Source of the DNA: the human T2T-CHM13v2.0 reference genome, Homo sapiens
Strand: one strand, 5' to 3'
Assembly: GCF_009914755.1 (NCBI RefSeq)
Contig: NC_060935.1
DNA: 64,000 nucleotides
In this document: piece after piece, positions 18,328 through 35,096 of the stretch
Layout of the letters: every line of letters begins with the position of its first letter
Numbering within the stretch: the first letter of the stretch is position 1
The notes under the pieces: model-generated
What the model was told of the DNA's origin: nothing
Database searches by the model: none
What the model saw: the letters and a program-made list of their open reading frames with translations, nothing else
Translations under genes and position numbers: made by a program

Positions 18328-19579
18328 TCATACAATGGGGATCTGAGCTGGAGGAAGGGGCAGGTCAGCTGAGCAGCTGACCAAGACCCCAGTTTATAAC
18401 AGATGCCAAAACATCCCTGGGTACCAAAGTATTGCTAGAAATTTAACAAGGTGGGCAAAATTGTGTATATCAGAACTCTTCTGGGACAGAGTACTCTAGT
18501 TGTTGTAAGGAATACTGTGATGAATAATGAAAGATGAGAATGAACAACAATGAATGTTCACTCAGCAGTTTCCTAAGGAGATGGGGTTGGACAAACAAAC
18601 GGCTTTTGTTTTGCAGAATGGAGTATGCAAGTTTGAGTCCAGGCTGAATTGCCCTGGAAAATAAAGGTGAGGGTTAGTACTGCTACCTCTGGTGCTCCTT
18701 CCAGCCCTTCCCCTTCATGGCACTCAGCTGTCCTCTAACTCATGGTTGAACAACAGTTAAAGAAAGCTGATTTGATGTAAGTGTGCTAGTGTCTCTTAGC
18801 TACACCTTTTATAGCTGAGCCTAAACTCTGAGAAGCTGGGGCTAGGACTTGTAAACCACACTTTGCCTTTGCCAGCCTTGCCCCGTTAGACTCTGCTGTA
18901 AAGGGCCCTAGAGAAAGCTGGAACACTGGCGGAGGGAGAGGGAATCTGTTGCTTCTGTTTGCCTCCTGTCGTGTCAGCAACCCCCAGCAAAGGCCATTCA
19001 CCTTGACAACAGCAGTTGGTGCCAGTTTCCAGATTTAGGAAGGCTCTCTGAGAACATGCCCAGATGCAAAGCTTCTAGGTTTTGACAACCCTATCCTCTT
19101 CCCTTTATTCCCCCACCCCTGGGGGGAGGTAGCTGCTTATAGTAATTCTCTCTGTTATCTCCTTACTCTCTTTTTTCAGTCCTCTAGTGCCTATTTAACT
19201 AATTCCCTATATTACATTCTCTCTGTTAAAGTGTCTGGTGTGAATTCTGTTTCTGAAGGGACTCAACTGCTGAAAGGTGCCATTAACTTGCTCAGGGTTC
19301 CTCCAAGTCAATCCAATCCTAAATGGGAATAATAATAGCTATCATTTATTTGAGGACCTACTATGTGCTCAGCACTTAAATAAATTCTGTCATTTAATCC
19401 TCAAAACAACTCTGGGGTGTATTACACCTATTTTAACAGATGACAAACAGGCTCAGAGAGGTTTAAATAGGTTATTTATAGTTACCAAGCTTGTTAGTGA
19501 TAGAGTGGGAATTCAAACTTGCATTTTTCTGACTGCCAAACCTATGCTATTTTTTAGTTTAATTTTTAAATATACTTTC

Positions 19580-19930
19580 TGATATGGTTTGGCTGTGTCC
19601 CCCTCCAAATCTCACCTTGACTTGTAATAGTCTCCACATATCAAAGGTGGGGCCAGGTGGAGATAATTTAATCATGGGGGCGGTTTCTCCCATACTGTTC
19701 TTGTGGTAGTAAGTGTCCCAAGATCTGGTGGTTTCATAAATGGGAGTTCCCCTGCACAAGCCCTCTTGCCTGCCGCCATGTTAGACGGGTCTTTGCTCCT
19801 CCTTTGCCATCCGCTGTGATTATGAGGCCTCCCCAGCCATGTGAAACTGAGTCCGTTAAACCTCTTTTTCTTTATAAATTACCCAGTCTCCAGTATGTCT
19901 TTATTAGCAACATGAGAACAGACCAATACA
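19580..19930 (+). mobile_element. THE1 MaLR solo LTR
   Basis: TGATATGGTTTGGCTGTGTCCCC...GAGAACAGACCAATACA; near-TSD CTTTC/CTTTT. Confidence 0.9.
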
Positions 19931-20415
19931 CTTTTTTTATTAGAAGAGTATTTTATATTCTTTATAATAAGTTGAACAATAAAAAGTTAACATATAAAAT
20001 ACATGTTAATTTCTCCCTTCTTCCCTGTAATACCTTCACCACTCCCGTATCACCATTCCCCAGCCCACGCCCCAGTTAACCAGTATTAACACCATATTGT
20101 GTAACTTGTCACACTTTTTTTCACTAATACAAAAATATAAGCATACAAAGGCCTTATTTTTCCTTAATTTAATTTAATTTATTTTATTTCTTTTAGAGAC
20201 CAGGTCTTGCTATGTTCCCAGGCTGGCTTCAAACTCCCAGGCTCAAGGGATCCTTCTACCTTAGCCTTCCCAACAGCAGAAACTACAGGCATGCAACACC
20301 ACACCTGGCTGTTTTCTCTTTCGTAAAACAAAAACAAGGGCGTGCAATATACATTACTGTGCAACCTGCTTTTTCACGTAAAGAGTATTTCATTGTCATT
20401 CCTCCTGGTTGGTAC

Positions 20416-21231
20416 TGTAACTGGAACCACGTTCGGCTGCTTGCTGCTCAAAAGCCAAACAGGAGAGACGAGGGTTGGTGGGAGGAAAAGCAGGTTTAAC
20501 TGGAGAGCCAACAAACTGAGATACGAAAGTGCTAGTTTATAAATTTTTATAATTTACCATAGGGTTTTTAAAGAGAAGTTTGGTGTGGGAGACATAGAGG
20601 AGTGCAGCAGAGTGCAGCTCTGGGCCTTTGTTCTGATGGCTATCTTGGGTCATTGTCTCTCTGGAGGTCTGCTTGGCATTATCCTGACTTTGGCCTGATG
20701 GTGGTGACCTAATTGTTCTGACTCCCCCTAAGTGGGAGGATTCCTTACGGAGGATTCCACAGGGGCTTCCTGCATGGTTTCTTTCCAGATTAGCCTCTGG
20801 AATTTTTTTTTTTTGAGACAGAGTCTCACTGTGTCACCCAGGCTGGAGTGCAACGGCATGGTCTCTGCTCACTGCAACCTCCGCCTCCTGAATTCAAGCA
20901 ATTCTCCTGCCTCAGAAGCCTACAGGCGCCCGCCACCACACTCGGCTAATTTTTGTATTTTTAGTAGAGACAGGGTTTCGCTATGTTGGCCAGGCTGGTC
21001 TTGAACGCCTGCCCTTGTGATCCGCCCGCCTCGGCCTCTCAAAGTGCTGGGATTACAGGCGTGAGCCACCGCGCCCAGCCAGCTTCTGGAATTTCTTAAG
21101 CAACAGCATAATTAGATAAGCATACATTGCCAGAGAGAAGTGTCTGCACAGGAAATGAATGACTAGGTAAGAGGGGAGGGAAGGAAGAAAAAGAAAATGT
21201 GTGATTTTTAAAACTGAGGTCCTTGGTTACA
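20416..21231 (-). mobile_element. ERV1-class solo LTR (family uncertain) containing an Alu
   Basis: Termini TGTAAC...GTTACA; exact 4-bp TSD GTAC at 20412-20415 and 21232-21235; Alu at ~20803-21081. Confidence 0.7.
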
Positions 21232-21912
21232 GTACATATAGATTTAACTGGTTTCATAAATAACTAGATCATATTCCATAATAGAATATAAATATATACA
21301 AATATATTCAATCATTTATCTGCTCTTGGACCTTCAGGTTATTTCCTTTTTTTTTTTTTTTTGCCACTGTAAGCAGTGTTCCCATAAACATAAACATTCT
21401 TTTTTTTTTTTTTTTTTTTTTTGCGGCAGGGTCTCTGTCACCCAAGCTGTAGTGCAGTGGAGCGATCTAGGTATCTAGGTTCACTACAGCCTCCGCCTCC
21501 TGGACTCAAGAGATCCTCCTACCTCAACCTCCTGTGTAGCTGGTACTACCGGTACACACCACCACACTTGGCTAATTTTTTAAAATTTTTATTTTTTGTA
21601 GAGATGAGATCTCACTGTGCTGCCCAGGCTGGTCTCGAACTCCTGGACTCAGAGTGATCCCCTGGACTCGGCCTCCCAAAGTGCTGGGATTATAGGCATG
21701 AGCCACCTTGCCTGGCCTCATAAACATTTTTGTACATATATTTTTAGGTAATGATACTTTTGTTCCAACAAAATAGTCTAAAAGAGCGATGCATGGGCCA
21801 AAAAGTATATACATTTAAAAATTTTCTTCCAGAATACTTTCCAAACAGATTATGGTGCAGTGTAATACCTTCACCAGCAATGTGTAATGATGTCCATTTC
21901 CTTACTTTGTAA

Positions 21913-22443
21913 TGATGGAGCTCAGGACATGCTACCCAAAAACATCAGAAGCAGGAAAATCACTCACACCTTCCTCCTGCCCTATTTTCCTGAAGCAAGT
22001 CCTGAAACCTCGGAGGGCTATTCTGACCTTCCCCTGCAGCAGGTCATAAGACCCTCATTCGAGAAGTGCCCTCCCTGCACCCAGAGGAAAGGAGCCTCCT
22101 TATCTCTGAAGACAAAGGGTCATGGAGGAGAATCTGAACAAGCAGACCTTGCTAAGTTCCCCTCAATTTATTACCATTAGATCATACTTTTTTATATAAC
22201 CAAACTTCTCCACAGCTATCCACTTCTTCATCAAAACTAGCATTAAAAACACATAGGTTTACTAACTTCTTTGATGGGTACATGGGTTTACCCATTTCTT
22301 CAGATTTTTCTGAATGCTCCTATGTCACATAAAATTTATATTCAATGAACATATATGCTTTTCTCTTATTAATCTGTCTACTGTTTTAGAGACCTCGGCC
22401 ATGAACCTAAGATGGGAAGGAAAAACACTTCTTTTCCCTTACA
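21913..22443 (+). mobile_element. ERV1 LTR, MER34/MER39 group
   Basis: TGATGGAGCTCAGGACATGCTACCCAAAA start and CTCTTATTAATCTGTCT...CCCTTACA end. Confidence 0.65.
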
Positions 22444-23026
22444 TTGACAAGAGCTGGATGTTCTCAATATTTCAATTTGTGTCAGACATATTATTGAAAA
22501 ACTGTATCCTATTTTTTAAAAATTTTCATTTCTCTGATAACTAGTGAATTTGAGTTGCTTTTCATATGTTCATTGTCCATCTGCATTTCCTCTTCTGTGC
22601 ATTGCCCGTTCAAACCATTTACCTTTTTCTCTGTGGGTTGTTTGTGTTGTGTAGATTCCACATTGCAACTTAAGTGGTCGATGAAAGAATGAGAACTACA
22701 ACTCAGTCTTCCAACTCCCAGTCCAGGAATTTCTCTACTCTGGCCTCTTCCTGAACTATAATGTGTTTTTGTTGTTGTGCTATATGTTTTATTGTATCTA
22801 TGCCTACTATGCTATAATGTAAATATAACTAGTTTGTTGAACAAGCTAGAGTCATACTGTTGCAGGCAGGAAACCTTAATTTTTTCCCACCAGTTTCTCT
22901 AAAATTCAATTTGCCAAATAGGTCTTCCCTTGCCACTTGATGAAATCTTGGGAAGATCTCATAGGGGTGTTTTTGTTGTTGGTGTTTTTCTTTTGGTCCT
23001 CAGAGAATGAAAGTTCTCTAGTCTCT

Positions 23027-23625
<599 letters not shown>

Positions 23626-23986
23626 TTGCCAGGTGAAGTGGCTCATGCCTATAATCCTAGCACTTGGGAGGACAAGGTGGAAAGATTGCTTTAGCCCAAG
23701 AATTTAAGACCAGCCTGGGTAACACAGGGAGACCTGGTCCCTAAAAAAATTTTAAAAATTAGCCATGTGTGGTGGCTCATGACTGTGTTCCAGCTGCTCA
23801 GGAAGCTGAAGTGGGAGGATTGCTTGAGCCCAGAAAGAAAGAAAAAAAAAAAAAAAAAAAAAGCAGGCTGGCCATGGTGGCTCACGCCTGTAATCGCAGC
23901 ACTTTGGTAGGCTGAGGCAGGTGAATCCCCTGAGGTCAGGAGTTCGAGACCAGCCTGGCCAACATTATGAAACCCTGTCTCTACTA

Positions 23987-24151
<165 letters not shown>

Positions 24152-24366
24152 TCAGATTAAAAAAAAAATAGCAGAGTATAATCTGTGTGATCACCTAGCC
24201 CTGATCTAGCCCTGTGTGATATCAGATCTCCAAGCACATGGAAGTTGATTTGTCCCCTCCCGAAACTGAAAGGAAGCCTGCAGCGGTAGAGCAGGTGTAC
24301 AAGGCTTATTTCTTGCTCCTTCACCTCCTCCCTATTCCATAGCAGCTGTTTCTGACACCCTCCAGA

Positions 24367-25895
<1,529 letters not shown>

Positions 25896-27952
25896 CTCCA
25901 AGAAGGAGAGAAGATGAAGGAAAAAGAGTGTCAACTACAATACGATGTTGCTGTTTTGGGCAGGACAAATGCCCAAAACCAATTCTATCTCTTTGAAAAG
26001 CTTTAGGGGAACCTTTAAGGGATCCTCCCTTGGAGCCCCCAACTATACTTCCCTTGAGAAGCAAAGCTTCTCCTCTGGCTTGGCTCCTGAACTTTAGCAG
26101 TCCATCTTCTCTGTTGGGGTCCCAGTGCCCTCAGTGCAATTCTTTTGAGGACAGACCTGTTTTAGGAAGATCCTAGGTCAGATCCCTTCTTCCAGGTCTA
26201 CCTCAGTTCCTAGGAAAAACCTGCTTTTGCCCCATGGCCAGTGGGAGAAGGGTTTGCTCTCAGCCCAACCATCTCTCTCTAGTCCTACAAATTCCATTCA
26301 GTCTCTAATATTTAAATTCCTCAAGAATATGTCAAACTCCATATCTTATGATTCCCAAACTTCAGTGCAACATGTCAAGCTCTCTGAGTGGTTTTCTTGA
26401 AGTCCCCAGTTTCCTTTGGCTTAAGGAAGGAGGAGAATATGGCTCCCCTCCCCTGTGTACCGATTGTCACCCAGTTATTAACAGAAAGAATAGGGATTCA
26501 GGAACCCTGAGCTCTAGTCTGGGTTCTGATACTAACTCACTGTGTGTCCTTGGGAAATGTCCTTTTCCATTTCGGGCCTTGCTTTCCTGACAGCTCACTT
26601 AAATGAAAATGTAGGACTAGATCCACTCATTTATTCAGTAAATGTTTATAGAGTCCCTATTACGTGTCAGGAACTGTCTGGGTATGAGGAATCATCAGAA
26701 AACAAACTAGCTGACTTCTCAGGCCCTACCAGCCCTCACATTCTCTGATGCTTCTCCCCCACCTAGTTCCCACTCACCCCTCAACAATGAGTGGTCAAGT
26801 TCTGGCTGCGATCATGACTGCTTTTCCACCTCAGCAGTGTATAGCCTCTTCTTGCAGGGATATTTATTTATTTATTTATTTATTTCTGACAGGGTCCTGC
26901 TCTGTTGGGTGCAGTAATGCGATCAGGGCTCACTACAACCTGGACCTCCTGGGCTCAAGTGATCCTCCTGCTTCAGCCTCCCAAAGTGCTGAGATTATAG
27001 GTGTGAGCCGCCATGCCCAGCCCACAGGGACCTTTGATGGGACTAGGGGTAAGCTTCCTTTGAAGGCAGCATTGCTGTTTTGGTTACTGCCCATCAACCT
27101 GGGCTGTCTGGCCTGGAAGTACTGCCTGGCCAACGACAATGGAAAGGTTTATTTGCAGAGGCCAGGAAGTCCCCATGACCCCTCTCCATTCACCTCTGAG
27201 ACAGGAAGCCCCAGGAGGAAAAAACAAAAGATGAAATGCTGGCTGACTTCCCAGCTTCCAAGTGCTCAGCCGCACTCTGGACTGGAGGATCCCTTCTGCC
27301 CAGTGGACAGGGACCTCTTTCAGCAGCTCCTTCCTTGTCATTGATCCCCAGGGCTTCAGTTCCTGTCCTGAGGATCCAGAAGGACTTAGGTGACGTAAAA
27401 GAGGTATGAAATGAAGATTGAGTCTCTGGGAAAGGATGCATGATGTCTTATCCTAAGCTAAGCCTCCATGTCTGGGAAGTGGGGGGAGGCTGAATGCACA
27501 GAGTGGGAAAAATATTCTCAGTGGTTAAGGAAGCAAGTGACTCACCTGCTCTGACCTTCATCCATCCACTCCCATGGCCAGAGTGACTTCAGGGAGGAGG
27601 TGGGGTGGAAGAGATTTCCAAGTCTCGTTTTTTTTTTCTTGAGTTTTTTAAGACCTCTTACTTATGATGCCCCTTCCATCCATCACACTTCTCCCAACAG
27701 CTTAGCTAACCTGCCTGGAAAAAACAGTCATCAAAAAGCACACAGCATGCTAAGTAGAAAATGAAAAAGCAGGAGGTGCCTCCACTCTTCCAGCAGCTTT
27801 TCCACTGGGTTCTGTGCCTAAGGAGTTGCTCCCTCCAGTCCGCAGAGTAGCTGGAATGCATTTTCAAAATTCAACTTTAAAAACTGAAGTGGTCGGGCGC
27901 GGTGGCTCACACCTGTAATCCCAGCACTTTGGGAGCTGAGGTGGGTGGATCA

Positions 27953-28165
<213 letters not shown>

Positions 28166-28421
28166 TCAAAACAAAAAACAAAATCAAAAACAAAACTGAA
28201 GTATAACATTCATAGAAAAGTACATAAATCATACGTGTACAGTTCAATAAATTTTGAGAAAGTGCACCTCCATGTAACCAACACTCAGGAGGAGAAATAG
28301 AACATGACCAGCAGCTCAGAAGCTCCTTTGTGCCTCCTTCCAGCCACTTCACCCTGCAAAGCTAAATGCTGTCCTGAATTCTAACGTCAAAAATTAGATT
28401 TGCCTGTTTTTGAACTGTTAA

Positions 28422-28772
<351 letters not shown>

Positions 28773-29999
28773 CACTCATAATAGGTTTGTGATATTCACC
28801 TTAGTTGTTGCAGGTAGCATTCTCACTGCTGTATAGTATTCCAATGATTGGTTATATCCAATGTCTTTATTCTATTTGGTGTGTTTCCAGTTTGGGGCTA
28901 TTGCAAGTGGTGCTGCTATAAACATTTTTATACATGCTTGTTGATGTAAACAGGGGGGAAATTGCTGGGTCATCAGGCATGTACGTGTTCAGTTTTATAA
29001 AATACTACCAAACTGCCAAACTAAAGTGGTTATGTCAGTTTACACTCCCATCAGTGATGCATGAGAGTTCCAGTTGCTCCATATTCTTGTTAACACTTGA
29101 TGTTGTTTGTGTTTTTCATTTTGGTTCTTTCAGCAGATAAGTGGTGGTATCTTGTTGAAGTTTCAGAGCAGTATTTTTTTATGAGAAAGGCCCTCCCTTT
29201 GATAGAGCGGTATTTTTAACATTCAGATATAGCCAGATCACTTCTCTGGATCCCCACAGTCTACAGGATTAAGCCTGAACTCCATAGCTGTACATTCAAG
29301 GCCCCTTATGATCTAGCAACTATTGACCTATTTACTCGCTGGGGCAAGGCCCCTTATGATCTAGCAACTATGGAGCAACTATTGACCTATTCAGTTGTTG
29401 ATGAGGTGGATGGCTCTTGCTTCATCCCACTTTCCCCCAAGTTCTGTTCAAGTGGGAGGGCCTGCTATTACCCCAACCATTCTCTTTCACGCTTCTGTGC
29501 TGTCCCTCTTTCTTGGGACAGATTTGTTTCTCTTCTTTGCCTTGAAAATTCTTATTTTCCTATTCTGTCACCATTCCCTTGGGCACCCACAGACTCTGTG
29601 CTTTCCTCAGTCATAATCCTGACCCCAAGTATGGTGATAATTTGTTTCCATGTTTATCTTCTCCACCAGACTGTGAGCCCTTGAGGGCAGAGCCTGGGTC
29701 TGCTTCATCTTTGGGTCCCTAGTACCCAGTGCAGGACCTGACAGAGTTGGCATCAGTAAGTGGTTTCTGATTGACCACCTGAGTATCCCAGATCCTGCCC
29801 AGAAGAAGAGGCTGTGGAGCAAATAGAAATCACAAAAGGTGTCCTGAATCCTGACTTCCATCTCCCTGAACATCAACTGTCCCGGGATTCTATTATCTTA
29901 GTGGGAAAGGACCTAAGAAATCATCCTCCCGCTGAGGGGAATTTCATCACAAGCTGCCCTTGCTTGTGGACCTCTGGGAATAGAGAACTTAATTCTTTC

Positions 30000-30251
30000 T
30001 TTTTTTTTTTTTTTCAAAGCTAAAGCAAGTTTATTAAGAAAGTAAAGGAATAAAGAATGGCTACTCCATAGACAGAGTAGCCCTGAGGTCTGCTTGTTGT
30101 CCATTTTTATGGTCATTTATTGATTATACACTAAACAAGAGGTGGATTATTCATGAGATTTTTCAGAACTCAAGGTTCCTCCCCTTTTTAGACCACACAG
30201 GGTAACTTACTGACGTTGCCATGGCATCTGTAAACTGCCTTGGCACTGATG
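30000..30251 (-). mobile_element. 5'-truncated, polyadenylated MER41 LTR fragment
   Basis: Homologous to the 3' half of 17374-17922; minus strand reads AATAAACTTGCTTTAGCTTTG followed by poly(A). Confidence 0.8.
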
Positions 30252-31268
30252 GAGACATTATTTGTTTCCAGACAAGTCTTTCCTTGAGACTCCACAGCCA
30301 GTGACAGCTCTACTTTTGGGGCCACCAGACAGTCCTTCTGAGAAGGGAAGCAGGAAGTGTGCTTTTCTTTAGGCTGTATGGCCCCATGTCTGCACTTTGT
30401 CTGTTAGCCCAAAAAAAGTAGTGGCTCCTAGGCCTACTAGGAGCTTGATTTGAGGGCACTCCTGGAAAGCGTCACCCATCACAGTCTAGCATAGCCTCTC
30501 ACCACTGAGCAGTCATTTCTTTGGATCTTGAAGCTTCTCTGTTCTCTAAGAATCCCTTGTTAAAATAGAAACAAATCAACAAACCAGTCCTTGGAAGGGA
30601 AGGAGGTTAACATCGAGAACACGTCACCTGTGTAGATGTCCAGGGCTCTGTACTTGGAAGGACCTCCTGCTTAGTTTAATGTTCTACTGTTGCCATCTTT
30701 GAATGCTTGGTAATTTCTAAACAAGAGACCCCCACATTTTCATTTTGCATGGGGCCTTGCAAATTATGTAGCTGGTCCTGACTGAGAATGTCCCATGTGT
30801 TAGGTTCTATGTCAAGTATTTTACATACTAGCCTCACAACTGTGCTGAGCTAGGAACTGTTCACTCCAAGAGGAAATTTAGGCTTAGGTAAATGACTTGC
30901 TGGAGGTCACATACAAAGTAAGGGGCAGAACCAGGATACAAACCCCAAGTCTAACTTCAAAGTTAGTGCTTATTCCTGTCCTCAATGCTGTCTCACCAAG
31001 AAAAATGCCTTTACTTCCCACCTTCTGGGAAAGCTGAGTCTGGAAGAGCAATTCAGGAGAGTCGGGCAGGGGTGGGGATGAATGAGCTTCCACCAGAGCT
31101 GAAATTTTAAGCAAGCCTTGGGAATATCTTTTTTTTTTTTTTTTTTGAGACGGAGTTTCACTCTTGTTGCCCAGATTGGAGTGCAATCAATGGCGTGATC
31201 TCAGCTCACCGCCACTTCCACCTCCTGGGTTCAAGTGATTTGCCTGCCTCAGCCTCCCAAGTAGCTGA

Positions 31269-31655
<387 letters not shown>

Positions 31656-33279
31656 TAAAAGCATCTAATTTAATCGTCTGATTCCCTTATCTGACAGATG
31701 AGAAAACTGAAGTTCAGAGAGGGAAGAGGCTTGTCTAGGTCACACACTACCAGTGGGCAGAGCTAGGGGCCACAGGCTAGCCTCCTGAATCTGGATTCAA
31801 CAGCACAGCACGAAGGTGCACTGATGGGAGGGAAGGTGAGATTTGAGCAGAAAGGAAGCTCGATCTTGAGGTCAATCAGGCTTTTTTTTTTTTTTCTTTC
31901 CTAGGCACCTTTCATTTGCATCCCACACAAAACTTACCCATCAGTCTCTGAGAAATGCTTTGCTTCTGATGCTGGCTGGGCACAGAATCCCCCTACCTCC
32001 ATCTAAGTGTTTGTAATAATGCTATTGCTCAAGACCAGAAACACCTGCTTTAAGGGGTCAAGTAGTTTGGATTCAGAAGGCTAAATTGTTCTTTCACTCA
32101 TAAGCAAAACAAAACACAAAAGCAAAATATAAACAGGATGAGGCATGAGAGGCTTAATTACCCTGTAGAAACAGCAGAGTTTCTATAAAGTAAAAACACA
32201 AAAGAAAACAAAACACCACAATCTGCCAGGGACTGCCCAGGATGAGCGGGTGATAGGGGCTGGGCCCAGCTTTTGGCTTTCTCTGAGCAATCTCCCACCA
32301 CCAGCACTGAGACCAAGCTGGGCTTGAGACAGAGTCACGTGGCTAAAGAGCAGGGTTTGTTACTCTTCAGCCATCATTCTAAAGCTTCTCCGCACATATT
32401 TCCTCCTTGACAGATCTGGGTTCAGATTTTGACTCTGTCCCTTACTAAGTGATTCGGGGCATGTTGCATAATCTCTCTAAGCCTCTTTTTCCTCATTTGC
32501 AAAAGGTATGACACTCAAACTTATGTCCATGTCCAGGGGATTCCCAGGATGTGAGACTTTCAGTGCTAAACTCTGGGCTGGTTACCTTAGGGTATAAGGA
32601 GGATAATGTTGAGAAAGCATTTATCGCAACACCCAGCACACTGCAATTGCTTTATAAGTAATTGTTATTATCCTTTCCTCTTGCCTCAGATATTTTTGTT
32701 TTTGTTTGTTTGCGTTGCCCAGGCTGAAGTCCAGTGGCACCATCTCAGCTCACTGCAGCCTTGACCTCCTGGGCTCAAGTGTTCCTCCCACCTCAGCCTC
32801 CCGAGTAGCAGAAACTACAGGTGTGCGCCACCACACCTAGCTAATTTTTGTATTTTTTTGTAGAGACAGGGTTTCACCATGTTGCCCAGGCTTTTACCTC
32901 AGATATTAAAGAGCACCTTTGGTCTGCCATACTTTGTGTTAAGCACTAAGATAAATTACAAATATTTATTGAGTTCACTTTATAGAGTATTTTCATGTCC
33001 ATGATCTAATATGATCCTTACAAGAGCCCTTTGAGGGAGGCAAAACTCTTAATATTCCTGTTTTATAGTTGAGATAACTAGAGCTCAGTAAGATGACTGA
33101 CTTTTTCAAGGTTACTCAGTCAATAGTTTGCTATGGACCAAATGTTTGTGCCCCCCAAAATCCATGTGTTAAAGCTCTAACCTTAAATTAATGGTATTTG
33201 GAGGTGGGGCCCTTGCAAGGTAATTAGGTTTAGGTGACATCATGAGGGTAGATCTCCCATGATGAGATTGGTGCCCTTA

Positions 33280-33657
<378 letters not shown>

Positions 33658-34199
33658 TTAATCTTTGACCTTTGGGAGCTTAATTATTAAATGCCCTGAT
33701 GTAGTCTCCATCCTAGGCCACCTAGGCTACTGATAGCTCCTGCTCCTTTTCCTCATTATCAGGCAGGATGCCTTCCTGCAAGCAACAGAAACATATTCCA
33801 GCCGACTGAAGCAGAAAAGGAGTTATTGAAAGGCTATTAGGTAGCTCACAGAATCTCCTGGAGGGCCAGAGAACAAGGCTGGGATCTTTCACTGCAAGAG
33901 CAGCTCCTAAATTCACCACATAGAACTGGCTCCGTGAATACATGCCAGCTGCTGCTCTGGGGAAGTCTTACCACTGCAGGCACTGTCCAGATGGCAAAGG
34001 CCAGGCCCTGGACTCTGCTGCTGGTCATGGCTCACACTGATTCTGCATGGCCTGCTCCTCTGCCTCACCAGCTTCCAATTCAAAGTCTATCTAAGGCAGG
34101 TGGTCTGATTTGTAGCACTTAGGCCATATGCCATGTCTTGGTTGCAGGGGATTGTGGAGAATTGAGTCTGGCATTTTCAGTTCCTGTGATAGGAAACTG

Positions 34200-34370
34200 G
34201 CTTGGTTTTTAATCAACTAGCTTGGTTATTAATCAACTATGTGCTAGTTGATTAATAACCAAGCTAGTTGATTAAAAACCATGTATTAGTGCTAGTTGAT
34301 TAATAACCAAGCTAGTTGATTAAAATGTATTAGTATTAGTGCTAATGTATTAGCGCTAGTTGATTAATAC
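34200..34370. repeat. Complex palindromic and tandem repeat built on a 20-nt unit GCTAGTTGATTAAWAACCAA
   Basis: Perfect 37-bp inverted arms at 34203-34239 and 34245-34281; further unit copies and ATGTATTAGT linkers up to ~34370. Confidence 0.95.
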
Positions 34371-34860
34371 TGACATAGTAGTTAAAGTATGTCTGAGAAG
34401 AATTCAGGGAGTAGTTTAATTAGAATTTCAGCTTTGGGTGTTGATGGTGAAGTGGGAATACTTCTTCCCTGAGTTGTCCTGGGGAGGGATTCTCCATTTC
34501 TGGTTTACAAGACCAGAGTATTAAATTATACTACAACCATCTCATCCTGTGATGATAAACTCTGGTGGGCTTGCACCTGTAGTCAGCTACTCGGGAGGCT
34601 GAGGCAAGAGAATCACTTGAGCCTAGGAGGTCAAGGCTGTAGTGAGCTGTAATCATGCCACTGCACCCCAGTCTGGGAGACAGAGTAAAACTCCATCTCT
34701 AAAAATAAAAAAAATTGTAAATTTTTTTGAAAGATGAGGAATTCACCAAACATGAAAAAGAGGTCTATAGCTCCTCAGCCCAAAATGACAACAACAACGT
34801 GTTATCTCATCTTTTCTCCACTCTCTCTGTACCTCCAGGCCATCCACCTCTGAATTTCAA

Positions 34861-35096
34861 TTTTTTTTGTTAGTTTGTTTATTTAAAACCAGGACAATAC
34901 TGCTTTCATTTACTTTGTTTTAAAAATCTACAACCTAGTGACTGTATTGGTCATAAGCATGATTGCTGTTGCAATGTGCTACTTATAATGAATGACAGCA
35001 AACAAGCTAGGGATTCTGTCTGCCACTTCCAGCCTTTCCTCTTTTTACTTCAATAGGCATCAATGATAAATCAATCTTATGTACAATTTCTTATAA
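34861..35096 (-). pseudogene. Probable processed mRNA 3'UTR fragment with A-rich tail
   Basis: AT-rich sequence that does not look like a repeat, ending on the minus strand in TTTTAAATAAACAAACTAACAAAAAAAA; fused to an Alu left arm; diverged candidate TSDs. Confidence 0.55.

Noticed and set aside
26748-27344. Longest ORF in the window (198 aa)
   Set aside because: It runs through an antisense Alu fragment, shows no recognisable domain and has no exon-structure support.
34200-34370. CRISPR-like array
   Set aside because: The linkers are repeated rather than unique, units occur in both orientations, the context is eukaryotic and there are no cas genes.
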